A stretch of DNA of 63,696 bases, the filler included, from Choristocarpus tenellus KU-1152 (taxonomy: Eukaryota > Protista > Phaeophyceae): the NCBI GenBank assembly GCA_964200185.2. It is 14 parts of 14 records of this genome, joined end to end, with 100 filler letters (N's around TTAATTAATTAA, not from the genome) between each part and the next. Parts side by side here need not be neighbours in the genome. Positions count along the whole stretch, not along the records: positions 10,905 to 13,816 come from CAXNAD020023704.1; positions 13,917 to 16,586 come from CAXNAD020025781.1; positions 16,687 to 21,924 come from CAXNAD020011392.1; positions 22,025 to 25,002 come from CAXNAD020023209.1; positions 25,103 to 31,618 come from CAXNAD020007960.1; 9 more parts are not named here. The stretch is one strand, 5' to 3'. Every line of letters starts with the position of its first letter. Within the stretch, counting starts at the first letter, position 1. Shown here one piece after another: positions 13,439 through 25,698 of the stretch. The position numbers were made by a program, and so were the translations under genes. The notes beneath the pieces were generated by a model. That model had not been told where the DNA came from, searched no databases, and worked only from the letters and a program-made list of their open reading frames with translations.

Positions 13439-13816
13439 GAGTCAAATTATCTTGGAGGGTAGAGCCGCGTCCATTTGGGGGCCAAAATCCAATGTTGCGA
13501 TTTTGATGTAACTTTGGCTATTGCGTTTGTTACCAAGTGTCAATATCCTTGTTCCGGACACACCTTTCATAAACTATACATTATACATTTGACCCAAAGT
13601 ATCCGTGGGGGGGGAGGGGGATCTACACCAGGGTGTCCATTTGGCCCATAACCAGGAAAGGTGCACTTACATTATCCATCCGACGGATGAAAAAGAATCA
13701 CCTAATAATCGCAAGATGAAAAAATTGGTCCCAAATGGACAGCCACCACCCCCTCCCAGATACTTTGAGCCTTTTAGGTGACTGTGTTCACTCAGAAAAC
13801 CGAAAAGGGGGGCATA
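13439..13816 (+). mobile_element. MITE-A (A2 subtype) interrupted by a complete 181-bp MITE-B (13591-13771)
   Basis: Removing B restores TACATTTTAGGT.ACTGTGTTCAC.CAGAAAACCGAAAAGGGG, seen uninterrupted in the copy at 47430-47686. Confidence 0.9.
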
Positions 13817-14453
13817 NNNNNNNNNNNNNNNNNNNNNNNNNNNNNNNNNNNNNNNNNNNNTTAATTAATTAANNNNNNNNNNNNNNNNNNNNNNNNNNNN
13901 NNNNNNNNNNNNNNNNGGACTGGTGGGGTGTTCCTAGGTGGTGTTGCATCATCAGACCATGTCTAGGAGGTGCTATGCAACCTTCATCAAGCGCCCTAAC
14001 CCACCATCCGAACTGCTTCTGGAGTGAATGCCCATGGTGTTCCACTCTATTGGGTGGGCGATGTTCCCTAACCCTAACCTTAACCCTAACCCTGCCTGAC
14101 CTCAATACCCCTGCATGACTCCCATACGTCTATACACAGACGTTGCACATTATGTTAACTGGGGTGACATATGCTTTAACACAAATATACACAACAAGGT
14201 TCCTCCTGTAAAAAAAGATCTCCTTCAACTCATATTTCGCTACCACTGACAGCAAGAGGAATAGTAATAGTAGCAACAAGGGATTCCACCATCACTCAAG
14301 TATCTATCAACCATGTAGACCTGTCTTCTTGATCTCAAAAAGTGCATTCTAAACAGTGCTGACAAAATAAATATATACATATATATATACATATATTTAT
14401 TTGAATCGGAATATCACAAGGTTGTCTCCCCCAGGTATCACAATTTTATTCAC

Positions 14454-16259
14454 CTCTCCCTTTCCAGCTTTGAGTCCATCCCCACCCTCTCCCTGCTTCT
14501 GCCCCTCCTTCTTCCCTCCATCCTTTGTTTGCTGAGCGCTACCTCTATCACTAGGCTTGGGATAAAAGTTGCCAAAGCCCTGCGGAACCTTCTGGAACAC
14601 CTTCTCAAGGGAGTCCATCATCGAGGCCAGTGCCACAGCTATGACAGGGAGGTCAAGGGTGTATGAGGGAGGAGGGCAACAGGGGATTGCCATCAGTTAC
14701 TCATGCAAATATCGTCATAACCATAGTAAGAGCCCTGGAAAAAAAGCAAAACTGATTCATTGCAAGACATTCAATCATACACACGGCAAGGGAGGTGGCC
14801 CTTAACACAAACCCACCAACACACACACACACATACACAATGTCATCAACTCTGCACTGGGAAGATAAAAACCTAAATACTGCCGATGCTTGTCTTTTTC
14901 TTTTTCAAGCCTCCTCACTAGAAAAAAATAAAAATAAAACCAACGGAACAATAAACATGCGCAGAAAAAAAAACCCTTCCAAGAGAGGAACCAATCTCTG
15001 CTATTCCCCTGTGCCAAGGGAGTAAATCCAAACAAACAATAAACACGCAAACCCTGCACGGGAAATATCACGTCCTGCTACCGATGCACAGTGAAGTCCG
15101 TAAGATAACCCCAACCCTAACCTCTTCCATGTACCATCCATTGAGCACAAGCCCCTTTCACAGTCGATGCCCTGTCATCCCACGACCTTCATCTCATTGC
15201 AAGCAAGAGGAAGGTACTTCACGTTGGAAAGAATTGAAAGGGGAGTAAAACACTTCTGCTCCCTCATCAATCATCGGCCTATTTTGAAGTCCACACAGCT
15301 GCCATGAGTGCAAGGCCTCACATTATTTTCTGAGAGTACTCTGTACAAAAATCGATATTCCACACTATTAATAATATCACAGTGCGTGCACATGGTCTCA
15401 GTGACACTGCAGTGTGTATGAGACCAAGGTACATAATTTTTTTTTTAAAGGAACGCAATCAGAGAGTACACAGATGCAAGTGCTGGTCTTATCCCCTACC
15501 CCTGTATCATCTAACGAGTATACAATCTCGATATTCCATGTAACTAACCCCAACAAAAGTCCAACAACATGCAATACATACATACTATGGGGTACACACA
15601 TACAAGATACATGCCCGCTCAGGACATTTTACACCCCACCTAAGAACTGGGGATGGGGGCTGTACAGAAAGACATTTTTTTCACAACTGCATCCAAGAAC
15701 CTACAAAGGCATGTACAAGGCCTTTTCCTACACCCCAGCTCTCAAAAAGGTGTGACAAAGGCAAAGCTGTGCAAGAAACGGAATCAAAGATAGGAAAGGG
15801 GAGGTAGTGATTTCCAGGTCTACAAGGATAGGCAATTCCTGGTCTTTCCAAGAAAGATCACAACAAGCACTAGAAGTGCGCTATCATATTTGTTAAGAGG
15901 ACATGCACATTCATAGACCAAGTCAGAGCATATCTTCAGAGCCGCCACCAGTAAATGACCCTACCTCTACCTCTTAACCTTAATCCTAACTTCACAACAG
16001 CTGGCCTCAAACAAAATATGTTTTCCGCTAAAAACACACGCCACTCACTAGCACCACCACTGTTCCGGTATGCTATGAGCTCTGTCACCACCGCATCACG
16101 ACCCTCCAATATGGACCGACCCGATCGCCGCAGTCCGCCAAAACTCGCTCTTCCTCCTTGAGAGGCAATGAGCACAGCACGTGCAGCCTGGTGGGCAAGA
16201 CGGGCACGTGTTGCAGTTGTTCCCACTGCAGCACCCGCACCACATCTCGCGGCGTACAT
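14454..16259 (-). CDS. Mitochondrial m-AAA protease (AFG3/YTA12/FtsH-like), first two exons
   Basis: Exon 1 (16259-16049) encodes an Arg/Ala-rich presequence MYAARCGAGAAVGTTATRARLAHQAARA... and ends at a GTGAGT donor. It joins in phase 1 to exon 14638-14454, which contains KVPQGFGNFYPK then a Gly/Lys-rich linker, like the PKGFExxxP motif of AFG3-family N-termini. The AAA domain is not in this contig. Confidence 0.6.
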
Positions 16260-17473
16260 ATCAAGCTTTTCTCCCCAAGGGGATGCAAGTGTCACACATG
16301 ATTTGTCAAAGCGAGATGCGGGCAAAGTATATTGGATTGGACGTAAGAAGCCACGTAGTTCAAGGGTCACGTAGAAGTTAGGAGAAGGTTCACTTTAGGA
16401 ATTGGGATTGCATTGGTTTCGTGTTTGCAGCGTAACTGATTTAGGAATCTTGCTATTATATTTTGCGACCCGGTATCTTTTAGGCTGTAAGGAGTTGTGA
16501 GTGTTTGTGGGGGGGGGGGGAGAGGGTTGGGGTGTTACTAGCACCCGTTGTCATCATTCAAGCTTGATCATGTGGGCGTGGATAACNNNNNNNNNNNNNN
16601 NNNNNNNNNNNNNNNNNNNNNNNNNNNNNNTTAATTAATTAANNNNNNNNNNNNNNNNNNNNNNNNNNNNNNNNNNNNNNNNNNNNGAGGGTGTTGGTTG
16701 GTTATTAGCAAAGGGGGGTGAAAAAAAAAAGGAGAAGAGGGGGGGGGGGGGATGAGCGGAGCACATCAGAACAGGAGGGGAGGAGGGACAAAATACTTCA
16801 ATACACAAGCCATCAGGTGAAGTAGGGGTTAGGGGTTAGGGGTTAGGGCCGACTCCATGCCCCAACACTCATCATAGTAAAGACACAAACACAAGGGAGA
16901 TGCATGCAGAAGGTCAGCACAACGCAAAACTACTACTACCAAAACCACCTGGTGCATGTATGTACATTTATCATATATGCACCTTACTCCTAACAGACAT
17001 TATTCACACTTCAAGATAATAAAAATAAAAATGAGGTGGATGGCGAGAAACAGACCTAACTAAAAATTTTGTCTGTGTTTCTTCCACCACAACAACAGCA
17101 TCACCTTCAAAAGTACCACATCAAAATTTTGGACACCTTTTACAAACGTCAGTTCACAAAAAAGGGTATTGAACTAAGGAAATACTCTTCAGTACCAAAA
17201 CAGAACTCCAGGTGACATGGTGTGGCATCCACAAACTGATGCTCCTGTTCAGGTTCTTTTTGAAAACATCAAAAACAAAAGGTGTTTGTATAAAGTACAT
17301 CTACATGCGTTTGCACCTGCAAGTATGTAGAGAAGAGGGGGGAGGGAGGAGTGGAAAATAATGAAAAGGTGATGAGATTCAAAATCTCCACATTCTCAGT
17401 GACATTCACATACCCTAACCCTAACTGTAACCCTAACCCTAACCCTTACAACAACAATCAAATCAACACCCAC

Positions 17474-20400
17474 CTCAGTGATCTGTTCCTGTGACTGTCC
17501 TGTCATCATGGAATACATTCGAACGATGTTGTCCCTGATACGCATGATCTGTGCTGCCTCTACCTGCACCACGCACATGTACACAAAAACACACACCAAC
17601 ACAAACACACACAGTTGGATGGGCTTTATTACTTCCAACTACATATAAAAGAAATAACATTTATCACACCCACCACAAGTCACCGCAGTTGAAATAAAAA
17701 ACAAAGACTAAGAATTCAAATTATCTTCAGCTAGTGCGACAAATGCACACAACCAGTCTACAGGGAATCAATGCACCTTCTACTCATCCATCCAACAATC
17801 CACTTATCATCTAGGCCAAGATCCACCTATTATATCCCTAACCCTAACCCAATCGCATCAAAAGTCAGTTTCTTGGCTAAGCCTGCCAATCGACTTGTGG
17901 ACAAGATGGGGTATACCTGAGCACAAGCAAAGCCCCATACAAATGAGGAGACTCATGGATGTAGACATCTACATCGCGGGCAGGGAAACAATACAGGTCA
18001 ACCATTAAACAAAAAATGAGACAACCACACAGACCGCCATACACAGCAATATAGGACATTTCCATCCTATAAAAGATGTCGCCAAGGTTGGTTGTACACA
18101 TCCGATAGGTGATGAACAAGCGCCTTGCCAGACCTATTTCACATACCCCCATGACACTTACCCCAACAAATAAAAAAAGGAGTAACACCAAATAAATAAG
18201 ATTAGAATAAGAAAAAAATATATAATTAAATCAAGGAGATTTTCTTTTTTAAACAGACTGGGTGACCGTGGCAGGCACAGACCACCGAGGTTGCCAACCC
18301 AGTTACGAAAATTTCTTTAAAGAGGGGTGGGCCAGGGTATTCATCGTTGTTAATGGGATTAGTCCGCAGCTTGGCAAGATTGGGGGAGACAAATTTTCAC
18401 AGGGTCAGGGTGGGCTTCAGGTTGGTCAGACTGGGCCGACGGTTTGCGGGTTATCATTCAATGTTATTAACATAAAAAATAGCACAACTTTTGTTACATC
18501 ATATATTCAGCATTTGTTGTTATCAGGATGTATATTATTTATGCTCGTATTATACACTACACATACATACATGCATACGCTCACATCTACTTCACATTTC
18601 GCATACGTTTTCACGGGGGGGGATAAGAAGCAAACGTATAAGCCAGATAATTCAATCAACAAAGAACAGTGCCCGTATTCCAACAATACACGCCTCCCCA
18701 TACACCAACAGCAGTTAGCAGCATATTCAAAAAAAGGAACCAAATCTTTCCACACTATACGATTGCACTACATCTTCAAACTTTGCGCGTACATAATCCC
18801 CAGTTTAGTTGTACTGCATATTTCTTATCATAATTTCAAACATGAAATATAAATAAAATTATAACTGTGGTGAACAGCTGTGCACCGAGAGCTGGCTCAG
18901 TGCATGTAATGTTTCTAAGAGGGACATCAAGGGAAAAAAGAGATACAACAAGGCCTACCCGAGTCTTAAGAAACCTTGACAGGACCGGGCTGTGGCCTGA
19001 TCCAACCAAGTCAACCCGATTATGAGCTGATCCAATGTAAGACCCTGGTGAAAACCATGCACTTAAGAATGAACTATGTTACATTAGCAAGAAGTGGCAT
19101 CTTGGAATGTAACAGAACGTTGTGTGTATTAGGAACAATTTGGGGCTGCCAGGAATATTGCAACACCTCGGACAACACAACACTTCCATAAGACAGTGCT
19201 AACACTCTGTGTGTGCTAGCATAACAGAACAAAAAAACATGGGCACAACAGGAGTCATGGACATCTTGGACATGAGTGCTTTGGGACGTCACTTGAAGCT
19301 GCACGTGTGTGTTTTGGACAGAGGTATTCCGGAAAAACAAGGCTTGCATGTCTTCATGCCAAGTTTTACAGCAGCAAAACACACATGTTGATCTTATCAT
19401 TAACATTGCTCCAGACTAAAGCAGGACAAATTAAATGTAACCGCCTTTTAAAGAGAGCAACCGATATTCGTATCAAGGCAGGGCAGGACGGTAGAGGAAT
19501 CCCAAGAGGGACTACAAGGTACCTGGCCCCATGGTCCACACCATACCATTCCGAACAACAAACTGTACAACCTGGCCCCAGCCCCTGCCTCACCTTGATA
19601 TCCTCCGCTTGCCCCTGCGCTCCTCCCATAGGTTGGTGAATCATCACTCGGGAGTGGGGTAATGCCATGCGCTTCCCCTGCCATGATACACACACAGCAA
19701 AACAGTTTGGGAAAGAGAAGCAGAGGGGGGGGGGTGATTAGACACAGGAAAGACAGGATGGAAACACATCGGGGCCTTGATCTTCATTAACTCAAGTATT
19801 TGTTATCACACATAAAGCTATCAACACTATACTTACGACGATTAGAGCACATACTCATATTTGGTGATAAGTGTAAACGTCTCTTGTGCCAGAGTGGGTG
19901 TGCCCAAAAAACATTCTCAAGCAATGGATCCTCCTCAGACCTTCAACACACCATGGTTTATACATTATTATCATCATCACAGGTCATCTCCGTCAAGACA
20001 ACAAATTCCAGAGAGTGTCAACTATCCTTTCGTGCTTTCATATCACTGTGCTGGGTTATTCAATCAAATACGCAGTTCTACGTGGGGGTGGGGGGGGGTT
20101 CAGTCCTCTTAGAAGGGACCTTAACTTTTCTTTTATTATCTCGAAAGGTAAGTAAAAAAATAATCTTCTTCTGCCTCTTAACAGAAGATACTTCCACTCT
20201 CATGATTCAAAGGAAATCAATGTAACACATGTTTGTACTAATACATAAAAAAAATATTGCATCACTCTTCATGCACATTACTTGAAGGACATAGTCAGAT
20301 TTTGTTGTCAGTCTCCATCAAAGACACTGAGTGCACATTAATGTCAGTAAGGGTGTATGTACACATATGATACACTTCAGACACACCAAATCATCCCCCT

Positions 20401-21425
20401 CAACACTCATGCTTTATGGTCCATTCTTACAATATGTGTATATAATGCATCTCTTTTCCCACAGAGTTGCATTCTGTGTCAGATACCACCTATTGAGGAG
20501 GAGCGGATTGGAATAGATCATACCACAAGGATCAAAGCAAAGACTGTGTGCACACGCGATACCAATATACACCCACACCTGTGGGAATTCTATTCAAGTG
20601 AAAAATATCAATTGATCTTCTCAAATCCAACAAAAAAATATCGAAAACCCTTCTTCTCTCCCTCTGATCACCTGAGCCCCTGCCGCCAGAATGAAGGAGG
20701 CCATGGAAGCAGCCAGACCCACATTGATGGTTACTACCTCTGAGGAGATGTGCTGCATCGTGTCGTACATTGCCAATCCCGCAATAACGGAACCTCCCGG
20801 GCAGTTTACATACATGTAAATTGGCTTGTCCTCGTCTTCCGAGTCGAGGTACTGTTTACAAAGCACGTTACCACGAGAACTATTTAGGTTTAAGGGAAGG
20901 TAGGAGTCATTGGACACTGTTCGAGAGGAGAAAATAGCTGTTGCCACATAGTTGAGACGCGATATCGGTACGACTTTCCTACTACACTGCTCTTATTGAG
21001 GTCGTTCCCTGATAATTTGTTTGAACAAGTCCAGCCAGGCACTAATGATCGCAGTATGATCGCCAGTGCACACTCACCAGCAACACACCAATTATTTGGT
21101 TGGCGATCTCGTCATCGATCTCCTGCCCCAGAAAGATTATTCGCTCTCGGTAGAGACGGTTGTAGATATCAACCCAGTCAGCACTCTGTGCACCAGGCAC
21201 TCGGTAGGCAACCTTGGGCACGCCGATGGGCATCATCACAGTAGAAGCTGCCCCTGACCTTGCCCGCCGATATGATCCCCCCTCGTATCCGACTGCGGTC
21301 GTTGCTGATGGCGTCCGTAGTCCGGCAGCCATAGTCCCTGTAAGGAAAGCTGTAGGAGTCGACACGAAGGCTGTGGTACTACTGGCCAGCACAGACGCCA
21401 CAGTGGCGAAGACGTGGAACTTCAT
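17474..21425 (-). CDS. clpP: Nuclear-encoded, plastid-targeted ATP-dependent Clp protease proteolytic subunit (last exon missing at contig end)
   Basis: Exons 21425-21078, 20851-20672, 19677-19594 and 17563-17474 (GT-AG, all phase 0): [22 protein letters not shown]...[14 protein letters not shown]...[31 protein letters not shown]|YLDSED...[14 protein letters not shown]...[14 protein letters not shown]|[27 protein letters not shown]|[10 protein letters not shown]. Catalytic Ser and His are present. Confidence 0.96.
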
Positions 21426-22093
21426 GGTTCGCAAGGATGTACTGCTGCCAGTATGAGAGGTCAGGACAATGGGAGGATCACTCACGGTGTTTAAGGAGTG
21501 ACATCAAAAAAATGGTGTACAGGTCCAAGTTTGCGGAGTAAGAGGGGTATTAGTCACCAACAAAAATGTAGAGGAAAGGGAAGGAAACAGTTGCGGAAGA
21601 TTTAGGCAAAGACGTACTCGAGAAGCGATTTCAGTTCCAATCTGCCGTTAGTGAACGATAGCTGGGGTATCTTGAGGTTGAGGTGTCACTGGCGTTCCTG
21701 CACCGCAGGTGATCATAGACAGTCCTGTCTCTGCAAATCAGCAGAGATGATCAACCAACTGGGCATCCGTAACTCTGTGGAAATAGGGTCAACTCACAGG
21801 ATACAGCTATCACCGATCCTTTCCGAATTGTGGAGCTCCTCTCAAGGTTCCACCTTATCAGGGTCCTCTCCTCACTTTTCAACTACTACTACAATATATT
21901 AGTAGTAGCAGGGTTGTGCTGGGGNNNNNNNNNNNNNNNNNNNNNNNNNNNNNNNNNNNNNNNNNNNNTTAATTAATTAANNNNNNNNNNNNNNNNNNNN
22001 NNNNNNNNNNNNNNNNNNNNNNNNCCCCTTCCTCCTTAAGACTGACAGGAATGTTGGCTCTCGTTCCAGGCAATGTGTGGTCACACTGGCCTT

Positions 22094-22588
22094 GTACATA
22101 GTGCTTGGCCCGCCCTCAGGCCATCTCTATTGGGTTCAATTCACAGTGGTACTTTGGAAACATCAAGCAGTGTCCTCAAAGACACTCGACCAGAATCGTG
22201 TCCTGTGAGTGGCTTGAACAGTATTAAGCCGAGGTTAGCCCACGTACCATTTTGGCAGTGACCGATCTTGATTTTTTTTTAAAGGTTGGGCAACGAGTTA
22301 ATCAACGGTCAGTATCTCAAATGAAAGCTCCGGATCTAGGCTATCGACTCATGCAAAGTAAATATTTCAGAGAAGTATTTTTGGTCATGATGATTCATTC
22401 TGGAAAATTTCCAAGGTTGTGCCGAAAACATTCGGTTAAAATTTAACCTAAACAAAAAAAAATCTGAAAAAATTCCCTTGCATCAGTCGATAGCTTAGAT
22501 CCAGAGCTTTCGTTTGATCGTCGGTTAACTCGTTGCCCCACCTTTAAAAAAAATCAAGATCAGTCTGATCCTAGAGGCGACTGCCAAC
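22094..22588 (+). mobile_element. Repeat family C, ~500 bp with a long internal inverted repeat (second copy 34881-35380)
   Basis: Two diverged collinear copies from GTACATAGTGCTT to TGATCCTAGAGGYGACTGCCAAC. Inverted arms about 22260-22355 and 22478-22565. Confidence 0.8.
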
Positions 22589-23699
22589 AACACAACACTC
22601 TATCTCTCAAGCATTTTCTTGTTTCTGGGCCTTCAACCAATGGACACCCTGGAGCCACACCCTACATAAGAACACATGACGGTTGCACTTTTGTATGACA
22701 GTAAGACTAGCTATGGAAAACATCCATTTATACTACTCCTCTGTCCCATGAGTCAGTGATTTTAATTTTCACATTCTGTTTTAACCTTTTCTTCACGACT
22801 ACAAAGACTCTCCTGATGATGTATGCCTCAAATTGAACGTCTGGTTATAACTATTCGGAGGGGATTCTTGATTTTCCCATTTTGTTCTGAAATAGTTCTG
22901 AATCTGTTCCAAGAAGTGGACCGAAAAAACAGTCCTTTTCAGCCTCATTTTCAGTATCTCCACTGCGCCCAGCGGCAGGCACAACCCCCGCCCCATCATC
23001 ATGCGACATCTCAGCACCTCGCCAATAGCCTTACAAATCTCACTTAGCCTTCAGACCATCCGTGACATAAGTCCCATACTCAATATAGCCACTCCAGTGA
23101 GTCTGCCATCTTTCACTGGGATCCCATCGACCCAGAGTAAATTGCGAGCTGATTGAGGCAGGTCGAAACATGCTGGCCATACACTACACTTTAGCGCTAC
23201 CTCCCAGTGAGAAAAGGCATTGGGCCAGAGTTAACAGAGCACTTTGGAGTTTGCAAACAGTGTCCGAGACAACTGTAAGCATGTGTACGCGAACAATTGG
23301 ACAATGGCAACACGCTTTCGCTACAATCAGCGTCACAAAGTGGACGACCATTGGACTTCACACCAACAAAGTGTGCAAGGATTCCAAAGGTCAACGCTGC
23401 GAATTGAGCCCTGACCCTCGATCAGCTGTCTGTTAGGCTAGCCGAAGTTGGTCTCGTGGCCGGCAACTCAAAGCTTCAGTAATGGCTCAAAATGGTGGGT
23501 GGAACGAAGGGTGAAAAATATCATTACCTCGAGCCAGCCGCTGGCACATTGAAAGAACTGGGTAGATTTCATCCTTGTTCAAGTAGCAAGGAACCGCATC
23601 AATCACAGAAGCAACCTCAACACGATTCATATCGATGAAGCATGGTCCTACCTCATCCATGACAGGAAGTGGGCTCCACCAAGGTACAGCACAAGAGTC

Positions 23700-25002
23700 A
23701 AATCCCTAAGGTGATATTCATCTGTGCCGTTTTGCACCCAGATCCTTCCCGTGATTTCAACAGCAAGCTTGGAATCTGGATGACAAAACATATTCAATGG
23801 GTTGCACTGCTCAGCCTTCATCGAGACCCTTTCTGAGACTTTACCGGGACTCCTACCCTATGTGTCCTAGGTATATGGGGACACCCATGATCTTCTTTTC
23901 CCTCTAGATGAGGGAGGGATGAAGACAATCCCCTCAAGGACAGGGGTACAACCAAGAGATCCCCTGGCTATCCAAAATGACTACAGTCAAAGCTCTCCAG
24001 CAGGCCCAGTCTAACTTTGAACCCAAGGGGGTTTCCTTTTAAAGCTTCCTGGACGACATATCCATCTCCACAATGTAGAAAAATTCCACTTCGATAGCTG
24101 CTTTTGAGCAGCTGCAGACTGACCTGTATGGGGTGGGTGCAGTACTAAAAACACAAATAAGACCTTCGCTGCACTACCCCAGGGCCACCAGCCCATGCTC
24201 TCAGAACTGGAAGTCCTAGCAACCCTGGGAATTAACCTAGCTCTGGACTCAAATTGATTTGTCACATTAGGGGCTCCAGTCTGGATAGATGGATTTACAC
24301 AAGCCCATATAGCCAGGGTGATTAAGAGCTCAGGCTCATGGATGCTGGCCACACACTTCAGTGAGAAGGAGGATAAACAAGTTGCCTGACTCCTCAGCTC
24401 CTGGCCCTTCTCTTCGCATTTCGGTTATTTGGTGGGAATCCTTGCCCCCTACCTGGCACACTCCACTGTGAAACGAGGTTACAACACCTTGCTGTGGCGC
24501 AAAGAATCTGGGGGGGGGTGAAGGCTCTCCATTTGTGGACAATTTTTATTTCGCTCTTTTTGTGTTATTTGGTTGTTGCGTATGTCGGATGGATAATCTA
24601 AGTGCACTTTTCCTGGTTATGGTCCAAATGAACACCCTGGTGTAGTCCCCCCACCCCACCCCACCCCAGATACTTTGGGTCTGAGGACTCTAGAGAAGAA
24701 AATGGAGGTAGCAGACTCAGCTGGAGTCACTGAGTTATTTCATAGGGGGTGTGAGAATGGGTTTCTTCACCTTGAGACACACCTACAAGTAGAGACACAG
24801 ATGCCCACAAGTTCACGGGACCTAGGCTTATCCTCCACGAGACATGGCCAGTATGCAGCTTTTGTGTGATTGCTAGCGGTCACTCTCCCCACCCTCCCAG
24901 CAAGGCAATAAAGACCCCATGAGAGGTTTTACCCAGACCATTTGTGCGAGCTCCAAAGTCCAGGCCCTAAGATTATTGATCCATGCCCTCTTCTCAACAG
25001 CC
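23700..25002 (+). pseudogene. Decayed non-LTR retrotransposon reverse transcriptase (CRE/R2-like RLE type)
   Basis: NIFNGLHCSAFIETL...PGLLPYVS*VYGDTHDLLF...IPSRTGVQPRDPLA...SFLDDISI...FVTLGAPV...QMPTSSRDLGLSS...AAFV. These correspond to the RT motifs NAFN, GVQQGDPL, YLDD, LGxPxG and LPxxxGGLGL; several in-frame stops. Confidence 0.85.
24496..24681 (+). mobile_element. MITE-B inserted in the RT remnant
   Basis: Termini GGCGCAAAGAATCTGGGG and CCCCAGATACTTTGGGTC, flanks TGT/TGA. Excision with one 3-bp duplication restores the RT frame (LLWTLEKK). Confidence 0.85.
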
Positions 25003-25439
25003 NNNNNNNNNNNNNNNNNNNNNNNNNNNNNNNNNNNNNNNNNNNNTTAATTAATTAANNNNNNNNNNNNNNNNNNNNNNNNNNNNNNNNNNNNNNNNNN
25101 NNCCCCCCCCAGATACTTTGACCCTTTACTTTGCCTCAGACTATTTAATGGTTGCTTTCAAGTCAACATTATCCTGTTAGCGAGTGAGTGTGAGACTCTG
25201 TGAGTTAGGATTCCTTGCTAACAAAGGGATTGAATCAATGTATTGGTACCACAGAACCGTATGTAGATCGTTTGCAGATAGGAGAGTGGTACGAAGAAAT
25301 ATTTGGAGATGTTTCATGCACCAATGACATGACACGATAACTATTTGTACACATTTTCGTAGATGATGGAATGGTAGGACAAATGGTTGCCATTTTTTTC
25401 AAAACAGGACTGGTGGTATTGACATGCAAACTGCGACCA

Positions 25440-25698
25440 GAGCTAAATTATCTTAGAGGGTAGAGCCGCGTCCATTTGGGGCCCAAAATCCAATGTTGTG
25501 ATTTTGATGTAATACTGGCTATTGTGTTTGTTAGGAAGTGTCAGTATCCATGTTCCGGACACACCTTTTCATGACGTATACATTTTACCTACTCCGAAAC
25601 ATTTTGGAGTAGTAAAATGTCAGAAAAGAACCCATGGGAACCCAAGCCCCAAATGGACAAACAGGGCAAAACTCGTACCCTCTAAGATATTTTCACTC
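25440..25698 (+). mobile_element. MITE-A, complete (~260 bp)
   Basis: TIRs GAGCTAAATTATCTTAGAGGGTA and TACCCTCTAAGATATTTTCACTC; flanks ACCA/ACCG. Confidence 0.9.

Noticed and set aside
8029-17851. True chromosome telomeres
   Set aside because: The tracts are at most about 6 units long and internal to contigs.
14454-21425. Adjacent organellar proteases (AFG3-like and ClpP), or the two glycosyltransferases, as functional gene clusters
   Set aside because: They lie on different contigs joined artificially, so there is no evidence of linkage.
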